Source: Ignisphaera sp. (GTDB lineage: Archaea; Thermoproteota; Thermoprotei_A; Sulfolobales; Ignisphaeraceae). From it: a stretch of 64,000 nt of DNA. The translations under genes and the position numbers were made by a program. This document shows, one piece after another, positions 21,429 through 31,215 of the stretch (within the stretch, counting starts at the first letter, position 1; every line of letters begins with the position of its first letter). The notes beneath the pieces were generated by a model that worked only from the letters and a program-made list of their open reading frames with translations, was not told where the DNA came from and ran no database searches. The stretch lies in contig JAWAHS010000001.1 of assembly GCA_038889075.1 (NCBI GenBank), positions 151,667 to 215,666 on the forward strand, read 5' to 3'.

Positions 21429-23540
21429 TTGGCTAATGGAGGTGCAGATCTATTTAGACCTAGGAGCGTAGCGGTTATTGGAGCGTCTAGGGAACCAGGC
21501 AAGGTTGGATATGCAGTACTAAAAAATATTATTAATAGTGGCTTTCAAGGAAAGATATATCCTATAAATCCTAAGGCAGAAGAAATACTGGGTATTAAGG
21601 CATACAAATCGGTGTTAGATGTTTCTGACGATATAGATCTGGGTGTAATTGTTGTACCTGCTTCCATAGCTCTAGATGTTGCTGAAGAATGTGGTAAGAA
21701 GGGTATTAAGCATCTTGTTGTAATATCAGCTGGCTTTAAGGAGGTAGGGGGTGAGGGTATTGAGAGAGAGAAAAAGCTTGTGGATATAGCTAGAAAATAT
21801 GGTATGAGGATGGTAGGGCCTAACTGCCTTGGTATTATAGATACGTATACACCCATAAATGCATCATTCTCAGCTACTATGCCAAAAAGAGGTAGTATAG
21901 CTTTTATATCACAGAGTGGTGCGCTCCTTACCGCAATTCTTGACTGGAGTATTAAGAAGGGTATAGGTTTTTCAAGAATTGTAAGCTTAGGCAATAAAGC
22001 TGATTTGAACGAAGCTGACTTTATCCAGGCTGTTGAAGAGGATGTTAATACAAAAGTTGTTTTGCTATATTTAGAATCTATTGAAAATGGTAGAAAGCTT
22101 ATAGAGGTAGCGGCTAGAGTTGGTAGGAAGAAGCCTATTGTTCTACTTAAGGGTGGTGTTACAGAGGCTGGTGCTAGAGCTGCTATGAGCCATACTGGAG
22201 CTATGACAAGTAGTACAACGATTCTCGAAGCTGGGCTTAAAAAGGCAGGTATCTTGATTGCTCGTAACCTTTCAGAGCTATTCGATTATGCTGTGGCGTT
22301 TAGTTATCAGCCAATACCTTTAAATAATAGAATTGCTGTAGTAACCAATGCCGGAGGACCGGGAGTTATAACATCGGATTTGATTGTGTCTAGGGGACTG
22401 AGGCTAGCATCATTCACTTCAGATACTATAAATAGTCTTAGGTCAAAGCTTCCGCCAGCAGCAGCTGTGTACAATCCTGTTGATGTATTAGGGGATGCTA
22501 GAGCTGATAGGTATAGCTATGCTATAGAGACCGTGTTGAACGATGATAACGTAGATGGTCTGATAGTTATACTCACGCCCCAAGCTATGACAGAGCCTGT
22601 AGAGACTGCAAAGGCTATGCTAAGACTGAATAAAAAGCATCCAAACAAGCCGATGGTGGGAGTATTTATAGGGGGTGATATGGTTGAGGAGGCATCTAGA
22701 ATTCTTATGGAGAATGGTGTTCCAGTATATGATTTGCCTGAAAGGGGTGTTATTGCAATTTATGGTCTGTGTAGATATAGAGAAAGTCTAGAGTATTTGG
22801 AGAGAATTTTAGAGAGGGCAATATTCTTTGATGTTGATAAAGCTACGGCACTATCTATTATAGATAGCGTTAAGAGTGAAAATCGTAAAACATTGCTAGA
22901 ATCGGAAGCTAAGGATTTAATAAAAAGCTATGGTATTCCAGTAGCACCTACACGTCTTGCGAAAAATGAAGATGAGGCTGTTGAAATAGCTAGTAGGATC
23001 GGCTATCCAGTGGTACTGAAGATAGCTTCGCCAGATATTATGCACAAGACAGATATAGGAGGTGTTGTAATGAATATAAATTCGGAGAAGGAAGTAAGAG
23101 AAGCCTTTAGAACAATAATTGACAGAGCATATAAATATGCTCCAAGGGCACTGGTCTACGGAGTAGCAGTTCAGAAAATGGTTCCCAGAGGTAGGGAGGT
23201 AATAATTGGTGTATCTAAGGATCCATCATTTGGTCATGTTATAATGTTTGGTCTTGGCGGTATATATACAAATGTATTCAGAGATGTTTCATTCAGACTC
23301 GCCCCCCTCTCAGCGTATGAGGCTAGAGAGATGATTAGTGAAACGAAAGCATATACGTTACTAAGGGGTTATAGAGGGGAGCCACCAGCAGATGTATCCT
23401 CAATAGTAAATATACTGTTAAGAGTTAGTCAATTGGTTACCGAGATACCCGATATAGTAGAAATGGATATTAACCCCCTCTTTGTATATAATGAAGGTAT
23501 GGGTAGTCTAGCTATAGATGTAAAGGTGGTACTTTCATAG
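21429..23540 (+). CDS. acd: ADP-forming acetate/acyl-CoA ligase, fused alpha-beta
   Basis: AVIGAS, GPNCLG, SQSGA, phospho-His in SHTGA, NPVDVLGDA, beta-domain HKTDIGGV, DINP. TTG at 21429 follows GGTGA; ORF track starts at 21393. Confidence 0.92.
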   Translation: MANGGADLFRPRSVAVIGASREPGKVGYAVLKNIINSGFQGKIYPINPKAEEILGIKAYKSVLDVSDDIDLGVIVVPASIALDVAEECGKKGIKHLVVISAGFKEVGGEGIEREKKLVDIARKYGMRMVGPNCLGIIDTYTPINASFSATMPKRGSIAFISQSGALLTAILDWSIKKGIGFSRIVSLGNKADLNEADFIQAVEEDVNTKVVLLYLESIENGRKLIEVAARVGRKKPIVLLKGGVTEAGARAAMSHTGAMTSSTTILEAGLKKAGILIARNLSELFDYAVAFSYQPIPLNNRIAVVTNAGGPGVITSDLIVSRGLRLASFTSDTINSLRSKLPPAAAVYNPVDVLGDARADRYSYAIETVLNDDNVDGLIVILTPQAMTEPVETAKAMLRLNKKHPNKPMVGVFIGGDMVEEASRILMENGVPVYDLPERGVIAIYGLCRYRESLEYLERILERAIFFDVDKATALSIIDSVKSENRKTLLESEAKDLIKSYGIPVAPTRLAKNEDEAVEIASRIGYPVVLKIASPDIMHKTDIGGVVMNINSEKEVREAFRTIIDRAYKYAPRALVYGVAVQKMVPRGREVIIGVSKDPSFGHVIMFGLGGIYTNVFRDVSFRLAPLSAYEAREMISETKAYTLLRGYRGEPPADVSSIVNILLRVSQLVTEIPDIVEMDINPLFVYNEGMGSLAIDVKVVLS

Positions 23541-23550
23541 GTGGTGACTG

Positions 23551-24612
23551 ATGAGGGCTATATATGTAGTTGGTGAAAGAGGTAAAACTATTCTAATATA
23601 TGGGCTACTAAGAAGATTCTCCCTAGAGGGGTTTAAGGTAGCATACTTTAAGCCCATATCAATGGCTAGAATGAGAGTTGCATCTGGTAAATATGTAGAT
23701 ACAGATGTTATTGCAATTAAGGATGCGCTAAACCTTGAGAATTCTATAGAGCATATTTCACCGATAGTAATATCTAGGAGCTATCTTGAATTAAGTGAGC
23801 GTGTAGATGAGGTTAAAAGCAGCATCTTGGAGGGTTTTAAGAAAGTTGTTGAGGGAAAAGATATAGTCATTATTGAAGGATACACACCAGCCGAGGCACT
23901 AACATCTATAAATTGTAACTTTGTAGAGCTTGCAAAGTTGTTTGGAGCAAAAATCGTACTGGTTATGGATTGTAGAAGTAGGATTGTGATCGATGAAATA
24001 ATAGATAGGGCAATCCTATATAAATGCTTCATAGAGAAATCAGGCGGCGAACTGTATGGTGTTATACTCAATACTGTACCAATAGTGTACACCGAACGTG
24101 TTAAGAGCTTGATCGTGCCGTATCTAGAAAAGCTTGGGATTAGAGTACTTGGCGTAATTGAAGAAAGACCTAGACTTACGGCATTAACCGTAAAAGATAT
24201 TGTGGAAGCGCTAAACGCTGAGGTATTGGAGGGTAAAGATAGGCTAAATTCTATGGTGGAGGATATTCTAATAGGTGCTATGAGCCCTGAGGCTGCTCTT
24301 AGATGGTTTAGAAGAGCTGTAAATGCAGCTATTGTAACAGGTGGTGATAGAACTGATTTAATTATGCAGGCACTTGAAACTCGACCAAGTGTTGTAATTT
24401 TAACCGGGAATCTATATCCCTCTATAGGTGTTTTGGTAAAGGCTAGAGAAACGGGTACACCAATATTACTAGTACCATATGATACATTTACAACAGTTGA
24501 GAGGCTTAAAGAGATGCAGGGAATAATCACCGCAGATTCATTAAAAGCTAGAGACAAGGATTTGATAACAATAATTGAAAAGGAGATTAAATGGAGAGAG
24601 CTACTGGCATAG
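23551..24612 (+). CDS. Phosphotransacetylase N-terminal-like protein (BioD-like P-loop + DRTGG domain), no PTA catalytic domain
   Basis: GKT, YFKP, IIEG, IGAM, TGGDRTD, ILTG; 10 bp downstream of acd. Confidence 0.85.
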   Translation: MRAIYVVGERGKTILIYGLLRRFSLEGFKVAYFKPISMARMRVASGKYVDTDVIAIKDALNLENSIEHISPIVISRSYLELSERVDEVKSSILEGFKKVVEGKDIVIIEGYTPAEALTSINCNFVELAKLFGAKIVLVMDCRSRIVIDEIIDRAILYKCFIEKSGGELYGVILNTVPIVYTERVKSLIVPYLEKLGIRVLGVIEERPRLTALTVKDIVEALNAEVLEGKDRLNSMVEDILIGAMSPEAALRWFRRAVNAAIVTGGDRTDLIMQALETRPSVVILTGNLYPSIGVLVKARETGTPILLVPYDTFTTVERLKEMQGIITADSLKARDKDLITIIEKEIKWRELLA

Positions 24613-24617
24613 TAATT

Positions 24618-25511
24618 CTACATCTTTTTAAATCTCAACACTATAATGGGATAGTGCTTAACTCTTCTGAGAGATAGCCATGTGACAGATCTAAAATGTT
24701 CCATACCCAACGCTTTAACCATTTCAATAATGTTCCTTCCAATACCATAACCACGGAATTTCTCGCCTATACGTGCTAGCCTAAGTAATGTATAGAGATC
24801 GAGTTGAATACCTATATATGCTGTCGGGGTTGGAAATTTCTCAAATAAATTTCTAAATACCTTTCCAAGAATGTAGGCAGCAACACCGAGATCTATAATA
24901 CCCTTTACCGTAGAGGGTCTTGTTGCTATTGCAAGAGATTTAATATTCTTTGGAACAAAACAGCTATCGGTATCAACAACGAGAATGTTTATGTTTGCGG
25001 ATAGCTTACCCTCTATGGATTGTTTCATCTCTCTAATTATCTTAGCAACATTTTTAACTGGTATAGATACGTAGTAGTACGGAAGATTTGTAGCATCTAT
25101 ACCAGATTCAGAAAGAGGTTTTAAAAAATGCCGCATTCCACCATAGTATAATGCTAATTTCTTGTGCTTTGCTAGAAGATCTATAGGGGTTTCACTTACA
25201 ATTCTAATTGTATTTATATCTGTAAACAGTTTTCTGAGAAGATATCCCCAGAGAATTCTTGAGGTAAAGAATGTCATCATAGACGTCATAGGATCAACAT
25301 TCACCGCATTCTCATCATAGATATTACCAAGAGCTATACTGAGGGCCTTGTCAGATATAACAATAATATCGTTATTTTTAATTGTATTACCATATACTTT
25401 TACAATCTCCTTAACAACATCTGTACCGGGCAGCCAATACTTACAAGGCTTTCTAATAACGCATAGCCTGTATCTGCTCCTTAGATTTAGATAATTCACG
25501 AATTGTTGCAC
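24618..25511 (-). CDS. Second, divergent CofE-like gamma-glutamyl ligase family protein
   Basis: YWLPG, DIIVISDKALS, SESGIDATNLP, VVDTD pattern matches the CofE fold. Confidence 0.7.
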   Translation of the reverse strand: MQQFVNYLNLRSRYRLCVIRKPCKYWLPGTDVVKEIVKVYGNTIKNNDIIVISDKALSIALGNIYDENAVNVDPMTSMMTFFTSRILWGYLLRKLFTDINTIRIVSETPIDLLAKHKKLALYYGGMRHFLKPLSESGIDATNLPYYYVSIPVKNVAKIIREMKQSIEGKLSANINILVVDTDSCFVPKNIKSLAIATRPSTVKGIIDLGVAAYILGKVFRNLFEKFPTPTAYIGIQLDLYTLLRLARIGEKFRGYGIGRNIIEMVKALGMEHFRSVTWLSLRRVKHYPIIVLRFKKM

Positions 25512-25532
25512 CTTCCACCTACTAAATGTAGT

Positions 25533-26273
25533 CTATAGAAATGCATTTATGGTAATTGATAGGTATAGACATAATAGCAACATCATCGAGGACGCTACGA
25601 CTATTATAGCATCTACGATCTTTATTGAAGCATCTATTGGATACTTAGGTATGCCATAAATGTAGGTAGCCTCTGTGATTTCTTTAGCATAATTTACAGA
25701 ATGTAAAATCATTGGCAACAAGGCCTTGTATAGGTATCTTGAACCATACTTTAGCTTTACTGTTGATAGCGCCTCTGAATACACTATCATGATGTAGGGA
25801 ATCTGTGAAAAAGCAATAGCTATAGAGGTTCCCAATTCACCAAGGCCTATTTTTTCGAGAAACCATCGAATCTCTTCTATTCTAGTCCACTGGAATATCG
25901 ATGCTATGGTCATAAACATAAGGGCTCCTTTCAATGAGGCTATGGTTGCGCTAGTTATATCAACAACCCAGAAGTTGAAGAACTTAGCCAATAGATTTAT
26001 AGCCAGACCTATTGCTATAAAGATTACAACAAACTGCAGTCCTCCTAAAATCTTTCTAAAACTGCCACTCGTATGAAGAATGATTAGAATTGCAACTAAT
26101 GCAGGTAACATGTAGAACAAATTGGATAGAGGTTTTAGTTTTAGAAACGAGCTGATGAGAAGGTATAGAAGTAGAATGGTAGGAATAGCTATCCTCGTGA
26201 TAACACTTAGCCCCGTAGATGAAGTGTAGATAAACGCATATGCTAGATTCTTCAACATTGATATGTTACCCAC
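25533..26273 (-). CDS. Probable ECF transporter transmembrane T component (divergent)
   Basis: About five N-terminal TM helices, then T..EE...L..IG...AIAFSQIP; canonical ARG coupling motifs not evident; follows an S component. Confidence 0.55.
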   Translation of the reverse strand: MGNISMLKNLAYAFIYTSSTGLSVITRIAIPTILLLYLLISSFLKLKPLSNLFYMLPALVAILIILHTSGSFRKILGGLQFVVIFIAIGLAINLLAKFFNFWVVDITSATIASLKGALMFMTIASIFQWTRIEEIRWFLEKIGLGELGTSIAIAFSQIPYIMIVYSEALSTVKLKYGSRYLYKALLPMILHSVNYAKEITEATYIYGIPKYPIDASIKIVDAIIVVASSMMLLLCLYLSITINAFL

Positions 26274-26389
26274 AGCAGCATATTATGGTACGACACTTGT
26301 TGTAAAATAATGTAGTTTTATAAGGTATTTAGCTTTACTATTTGACCTAGCACCAAACTATTTAATTTTAACTTAAAATAGAGTATTGA

Positions 26390-26992
26390 TTAGGTAACGA
26401 AACCCATTTTGCTGAGTATTCTCACTATAGGTATTGAGAATGTAGAGGTATATGCAGCTGAAATTGCATTGAATAGTACTATTAAGTGGAGAATAGGTAT
26501 AATGATACTATGCAATGCTACAGTATACGATGGTGCTCCCCAGAATAGTGTTGCTATTAATGGTGTTATAAGGATGTTTAATACTACCATAGCTATAGAC
26601 CTGCTTATTACTGCCACAAATATAAGTAGGAGAAACATCACTTTAGCAGATATGCGAGGATACGCCCTACGGAGATACCTGTATGTATATACCATCGGTA
26701 TATATGTTGAAGCCTCAGCTAAAACCTTCATAAGAGGGCTTAAAGGATTTGTAGCTCCCATTAGTAAGATTCCTAAATAGAATATGGGTAACCCTAGCGA
26801 AATTGAAAGTGGTAGATTTACAAATCCGGCTACTGCTAATGGTATTCCACAGAGATCAAATTTTAGGAACGGTGCTAATGGAAAGTCGATTTTCCCAAGA
26901 TGAATAGGTATAGCAAGGCTAGATAGTATAACCACTAGAGCTTTAGTTAAACTGAATGTTTTTGAAGATATTTTGGGGACTGGTGTAGTCAA
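26390..26992 (-). CDS. ECF transporter S component, RibU-like
   Basis: 200 aa hydrophobic; IDFPLAPFLKFDLCGIP resembles the RibU-family FLKxDxxDxP loop; VLNxLITP, I..FN. Confidence 0.8.
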   Translation of the reverse strand: MTTPVPKISSKTFSLTKALVVILSSLAIPIHLGKIDFPLAPFLKFDLCGIPLAVAGFVNLPLSISLGLPIFYLGILLMGATNPLSPLMKVLAEASTYIPMVYTYRYLRRAYPRISAKVMFLLLIFVAVISRSIAMVVLNILITPLIATLFWGAPSYTVALHSIIIPILHLIVLFNAISAAYTSTFSIPIVRILSKMGFVT

Positions 26993-26996
26993 TCTA

Positions 26997-27968
26997 TCAT
27001 ACCGCCCTTCTATAGCTCTTCACTATATTTAAAACTTTTTGTGCTAATATCACCTTAGCATCTATGCTATCCATAGCTATATTAGCTAGTGTCACATCTA
27101 CTCCTATTTCTCCTTTTATCCTATGTGCTAAGTGTTCATCGGAAGAGTCTATAACGATGTCTGATATGATATCAGAATACATCTCAGCAATACTATATGC
27201 CGTTGGTTCGTAGCCTAAATACTTCAATAGAACATGGGCTACCCCAGTAAAGGCTCTACCATTCCTAATTGGGGAAACTGCCACTATTGGTACCCCTGCT
27301 TCACGTTTCTTTCTAATACATTCTCTTATACCTCTAGTGCTAAGTATTGGATTTATGCTTAGGAATGGGTTGCTAGGTCCTATTACAATTATATCAGCGT
27401 TAGTTATAGCATTTAGAACTTCAGGTGGGGCCTTAGCTTCACCTATACCTCTGTATTCGATCTTGAAGACTTTTACCTTTTCAGGGTTCTGTTTAGCTGC
27501 ATATTTAACGAGATATTCCTGAATGTGAAGGTCACCTAGATCTGTATATATGTGTGTTTCTACATGTTCATCGCTCATAGGTAGAATTACCCCTTTAGCT
27601 TTAAGGACTTTAGAAATATACCTTGTAATCTCTGTTAATCTAAATCCTTGTCTAAGCATGTGGGTTCTAACTATGTGTATAGCTAGATCTCTATCTCCTA
27701 ATACAAACCAGTCTAAAACGTTAAATCTCCTAATCATACTGTATGTATTGAAAGTATCATTAATAATGCCCCAATACCTGCCAGTATCAAGTAATCCACA
27801 GGCAAGGTATGTAGCAGAATCGACGTCAGGTGCTATGTAAAGGTCTAAAAGCCATATATTGTCAGCAGTGTTAACCACTACAGTTATCGTTTCTGGATCA
27901 ATCAGTTCCCTTAATCCTTCAAAAAGCTTTAGACCACCCTGGCCACCAGTAAGCAGGACAATATTCAC
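26997..27968 (-). CDS. cofD: 2-phospho-L-lactate (LPPG:Fo) transferase
   Basis: LTGGQGG, VNTADN, APDVD, WFVLGDRD, PMSD, IGPSNPFLSI. Confidence 0.95.
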   Translation of the reverse strand: MNIVLLTGGQGGLKLFEGLRELIDPETITVVVNTADNIWLLDLYIAPDVDSATYLACGLLDTGRYWGIINDTFNTYSMIRRFNVLDWFVLGDRDLAIHIVRTHMLRQGFRLTEITRYISKVLKAKGVILPMSDEHVETHIYTDLGDLHIQEYLVKYAAKQNPEKVKVFKIEYRGIGEAKAPPEVLNAITNADIIVIGPSNPFLSINPILSTRGIRECIRKKREAGVPIVAVSPIRNGRAFTGVAHVLLKYLGYEPTAYSIAEMYSDIISDIVIDSSDEHLAHRIKGEIGVDVTLANIAMDSIDAKVILAQKVLNIVKSYRRAV

Positions 27969-27981
27969 GTATGCGTCACCA

Positions 27982-28656
27982 CTATTTGTGTCTAATTAGG
28001 CTAGTCCCATACAGGGACAGAATTCTACATAGTTCCTTTCCTCCGTATATGCTACATAGCTGTTTGGCTATTATGAGATCCTCAGCTGTATCTATATCTA
28101 TAGATGTACCTAGAGTGCTATATACATTTACCCTTATTGTTTTTTGGAGAGCTCTAGCTAGATGTTTTTGAAAGCTATTTTTACCGTGCATAAGCTCTAT
28201 CATGAGTGGATACCTTTGTAACATTATATTTGTACCGCCATCAATTGAAGGCGTGAGAACTATATCAAATCCATCTCTATAGAATCCTACGATGGTATTC
28301 ACATCTTCACTTGAGACAAACGGAGCATCTGCTACCCCAAAAATTACTGCATCGATTTTATATGGTATTGTTTCAAGGGCTTTGAGATAGGCCTCAATCT
28401 GTCCATTGCCACCATCATAAACTATATCTATGGTGAAATCTCGAACAGTTTCTCTTATACTTGGATCTGGGGTCACTAAGATTGTCTTATCAACATATCT
28501 CGAGCATGCATAGACGTGAATGACGTCTCTTAGCATAGCTTTTACAATCTCTATACGAATAGATTTTTCTATTTCTTTAAGCCTGGATTTCGCTCTATTA
28601 AGATCTTTAATCGGTACCAGGGCAACAATCATTATTAGCAACCATAGGATCTGCAT
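27982..28656 (-). CDS. cofC: 2-phospho-L-lactate/PEP guanylyltransferase
   Basis: VPIKDLNRAKSRL, AMLRDV, ADAP, DGGTN, SFQKH, DIDTAEDL. Confidence 0.93.
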   Translation of the reverse strand: MQILWLLIMIVALVPIKDLNRAKSRLKEIEKSIRIEIVKAMLRDVIHVYACSRYVDKTILVTPDPSIRETVRDFTIDIVYDGGNGQIEAYLKALETIPYKIDAVIFGVADAPFVSSEDVNTIVGFYRDGFDIVLTPSIDGGTNIMLQRYPLMIELMHGKNSFQKHLARALQKTIRVNVYSTLGTSIDIDTAEDLIIAKQLCSIYGGKELCRILSLYGTSLIRHK

Positions 28657-28673
28657 CTAGTATGTGTTTCTAA

Positions 28674-29324
28674 CTATGGTATTATAAGCGTGTAAGGTGA
28701 GCAGCAGGAGGTTTTTTCTAATAAGCAATAGAGAGAATCTACATAGTGCGCATTTACAATAGCTGTAGGTATGCGATGTCTTCTGATTAATATAGGCGTA
28801 TATTCATCAATAACATTTTGATTTAATGGAACGCTATCCGCTTTAATGGTTCTAGCTATACTGCCATTGACAATTATACCACTTACAAGTTTTGTTAATA
28901 TGGCTATATCAGCCTTAAGTAGATGTGCTATGAATACGGTGATAGCATCGCTTGTTACAGACCACGAGTGGGGTAGCTCATCATATTTTTTAATGATATT
29001 GAAGGGCATTATTAGGGGAAGGCGATTTCTAGACCATACATCGTACACCCTCTCTAGGGTATCCGCACTCTCTATATAGCTACTTCTTGAGCTAATGAAT
29101 GCACCATATACTTCCATGGACTTTATCGCCATCCAGTGTGCTGTCGAATCGTCGAAGTTTAGTCTCCTTTGAAGATCGCGAATCACATCTGCAAATATAC
29201 TACCCCCTGGTACTATAGCTATTCTTATATCATTGTTCTGAAGCTTTGAGAGGGTATTGAGTAGCGTATCGAGAGTATCGGTACTCCATAGAAGATTGCC
29301 GCTAATTTTAACTACGGTTTTCAT
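28674..29324 (-). CDS. mfnE: Amino-acid-kinase family, [5-(aminomethyl)furan-3-yl]methyl phosphate kinase
   Basis: VVKISG, VPGGSIFADVIR, AHWMAI, LPHSWSVTSD; next to mfnF. Confidence 0.85.
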   Translation of the reverse strand: MKTVVKISGNLLWSTDTLDTLLNTLSKLQNNDIRIAIVPGGSIFADVIRDLQRRLNFDDSTAHWMAIKSMEVYGAFISSRSSYIESADTLERVYDVWSRNRLPLIMPFNIIKKYDELPHSWSVTSDAITVFIAHLLKADIAILTKLVSGIIVNGSIARTIKADSVPLNQNVIDEYTPILIRRHRIPTAIVNAHYVDSLYCLLEKTSCCSPYTLIIP

Positions 29325-29326
29325 AG

Positions 29327-30400
29327 TTACTTAGACACCCTTTGGCGCATCATCATAGTAGCAGCATATGCTGGAAATACAGCTGATATCTGTGGTTCTA
29401 TAAGATTATCTATATCTACAATTACTTTAAAGCCAGCTCTTTTTGCTGCTTCACTTGCTAGAAACTTTCCTACACCGGCTACAACTACCTTAAAAATCGA
29501 TGGATCTATATTAAGGGAAGCTATATAGCTTCTAATTTGCATTAAAGCACCAGACACCATATGTATCTGCATCTCGTAGATGTATCTAGCCATCTCCCTA
29601 ATTTCAAACTCGTTCAATATCATCATATCGCCACACACTACTCGAGCCAACCTCTCCATAGCCTCCTCTAAAGAGGTACCTCTGCCATCAGCCGTCTCTG
29701 TTGTATACTCGCTACTCGATATGTTTCTTAGTATGAGGTGGACATCGCCTACCAATGCGAATCTCTCATTGCATATTCTAGCGTAGAGTCCCTTTATGGG
29801 AACCCTATCAACAATGCCTACAACATTACTTCTTAGAATGCCGGTATATACAAGCTCGCCAACGATAAGTTTCTCGGTATCTGTAAATCCTCTTACACAA
29901 GCTTTTCCGCTGATTATAGGAATTAGAGTAGTCGTTGTACTACCTATATCAACAAATATGCTATTTTCAATACCCCATCTATACGAGTATCTCTCCAAAA
30001 ACCATGCAGAAGCAGCCCAGTTTGCTCCTGCAACTTTCAGATAGTTCTCAATAGCCTCATCACTAGATACTAGCTTCATATCACTAGAGACAAACTTTAT
30101 ATCGATCGCATCGCTAAATGCATCCATAGATGATCTGACTATGTGTTCAACACCTTCTCTTTTAACTCTATAGACATCACTTAGTTCAGCTGTCATGCAT
30201 ATAGCTATATAGTACTGTTCACTATCCGTAATAATACTTCTTCTAATCTCTCTAAGCTTTTCCTCTAAACCTTTTCTACCACGGATCCATATAGGGAAAT
30301 ATTCTCGCAGAACTGATAGCACCTTTACCTCATTATCGTATGCGTCTATTTTCACAGCCTTTATATTAGCACCTCCTATATCGAGACCAACAATAATCAA
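29327..30400 (-). CDS. mfnF: Hydantoinase/oxoprolinase-like methanofuran biosynthesis protein
   Basis: GLDIGGANIK, MTAELSD, ANW, DIGSTTT, ELVYTGILR, TADGRG, RLARVVCGD. Confidence 0.88.
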   Translation of the reverse strand: MIIVGLDIGGANIKAVKIDAYDNEVKVLSVLREYFPIWIRGRKGLEEKLREIRRSIITDSEQYYIAICMTAELSDVYRVKREGVEHIVRSSMDAFSDAIDIKFVSSDMKLVSSDEAIENYLKVAGANWAASAWFLERYSYRWGIENSIFVDIGSTTTTLIPIISGKACVRGFTDTEKLIVGELVYTGILRSNVVGIVDRVPIKGLYARICNERFALVGDVHLILRNISSSEYTTETADGRGTSLEEAMERLARVVCGDMMILNEFEIREMARYIYEMQIHMVSGALMQIRSYIASLNIDPSIFKVVVAGVGKFLASEAAKRAGFKVIVDIDNLIEPQISAVFPAYAATMMMRQRVSK

Positions 30401-30477
30401 GGTGCAGCACCTACGGCTAATTAGGTGAGCAACGCTATATATTAGCTATTGTAAACAGTCTCTAGGGCTGGCTATAT

Positions 30478-31164
30478 ATGATTGAAAAGGTTAAGGTTAT
30501 ACCTGTAGTGGATGTAATGAATGGTTTAGCAGTACATGCTATTGAGGGAAAGAGGGATATGTATAGACCTATAGAGGGTAGCATTATATCATCTTCTCCT
30601 GATCCCAGGGATGTCCTCCAGGGGCTGCATAGGTACGGATTTAGAGAAGTCTATATAGCTGATCTAGACGCTATTATGGGTAGGGGAGATAATACATGGG
30701 TTCTGGACTACGCTATTAGATTGGGATTCAAAGTTATAGCGGATATTGGCAGAGGAGGTCTCGAAAAAACAGATTCAAACAGTATTAGATATGTTATAGG
30801 GACGGAATACATTTCGTACCCATATGAGGTTAAAAAACTTAGCAATAGAATTGTAAGCCTGGACTGCCATAATTTAAATACAAAGTTTTCAGATAGATAT
30901 GTCGAGGCTTCGCTAGCAGCAGAACTACTTATGAGAATTGGTATAACTGAATTGATAGTTCTAGACCTTACACGCGTGGGATCTATGAGGGGTCCAAATC
31001 TCCAACTTATAAGTAGTGTTAGGGAAGTTTATAGAGGCACGATTTATGTAGGTGGCGGTATCAGGGGAAGGAGTGATATTGAGGAATTGAAGAGATTTGA
31101 TGTGGATGGCGTTCTACTGGCTACAGCAATACACAAGGGAATAATACTCAATGTATATCTCTAA
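30478..31164 (+). CDS. HisA/HisF-related TIM-barrel protein of H4MPT-linked C1 clusters
   Basis: IPVVD...AVHA, YIADLDAI, LDLTRVG, GGGIR; divergent from mfnF. Confidence 0.8.
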   Translation: MIEKVKVIPVVDVMNGLAVHAIEGKRDMYRPIEGSIISSSPDPRDVLQGLHRYGFREVYIADLDAIMGRGDNTWVLDYAIRLGFKVIADIGRGGLEKTDSNSIRYVIGTEYISYPYEVKKLSNRIVSLDCHNLNTKFSDRYVEASLAAELLMRIGITELIVLDLTRVGSMRGPNLQLISSVREVYRGTIYVGGGIRGRSDIEELKRFDVDGVLLATAIHKGIILNVYL

Positions 31165-31215
31165 CTTCAGGATAGATTTTTAATTTATTTACTGTATATA
31201 TTTTTGGTGGAAAAC

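Noticed and set aside
23781-24557. 258-aa antisense ORF and the many other short opposite-strand ORFs in the track
   Set aside because: They lie wholly opposite well-supported genes, with Ser/Ile/Leu-rich shadow composition
30478-31164. Histidine biosynthesis hisA
   Set aside because: No other his genes nearby; the AVHA and YIADLDAI pattern and context fit the C1-cluster HisA-like family
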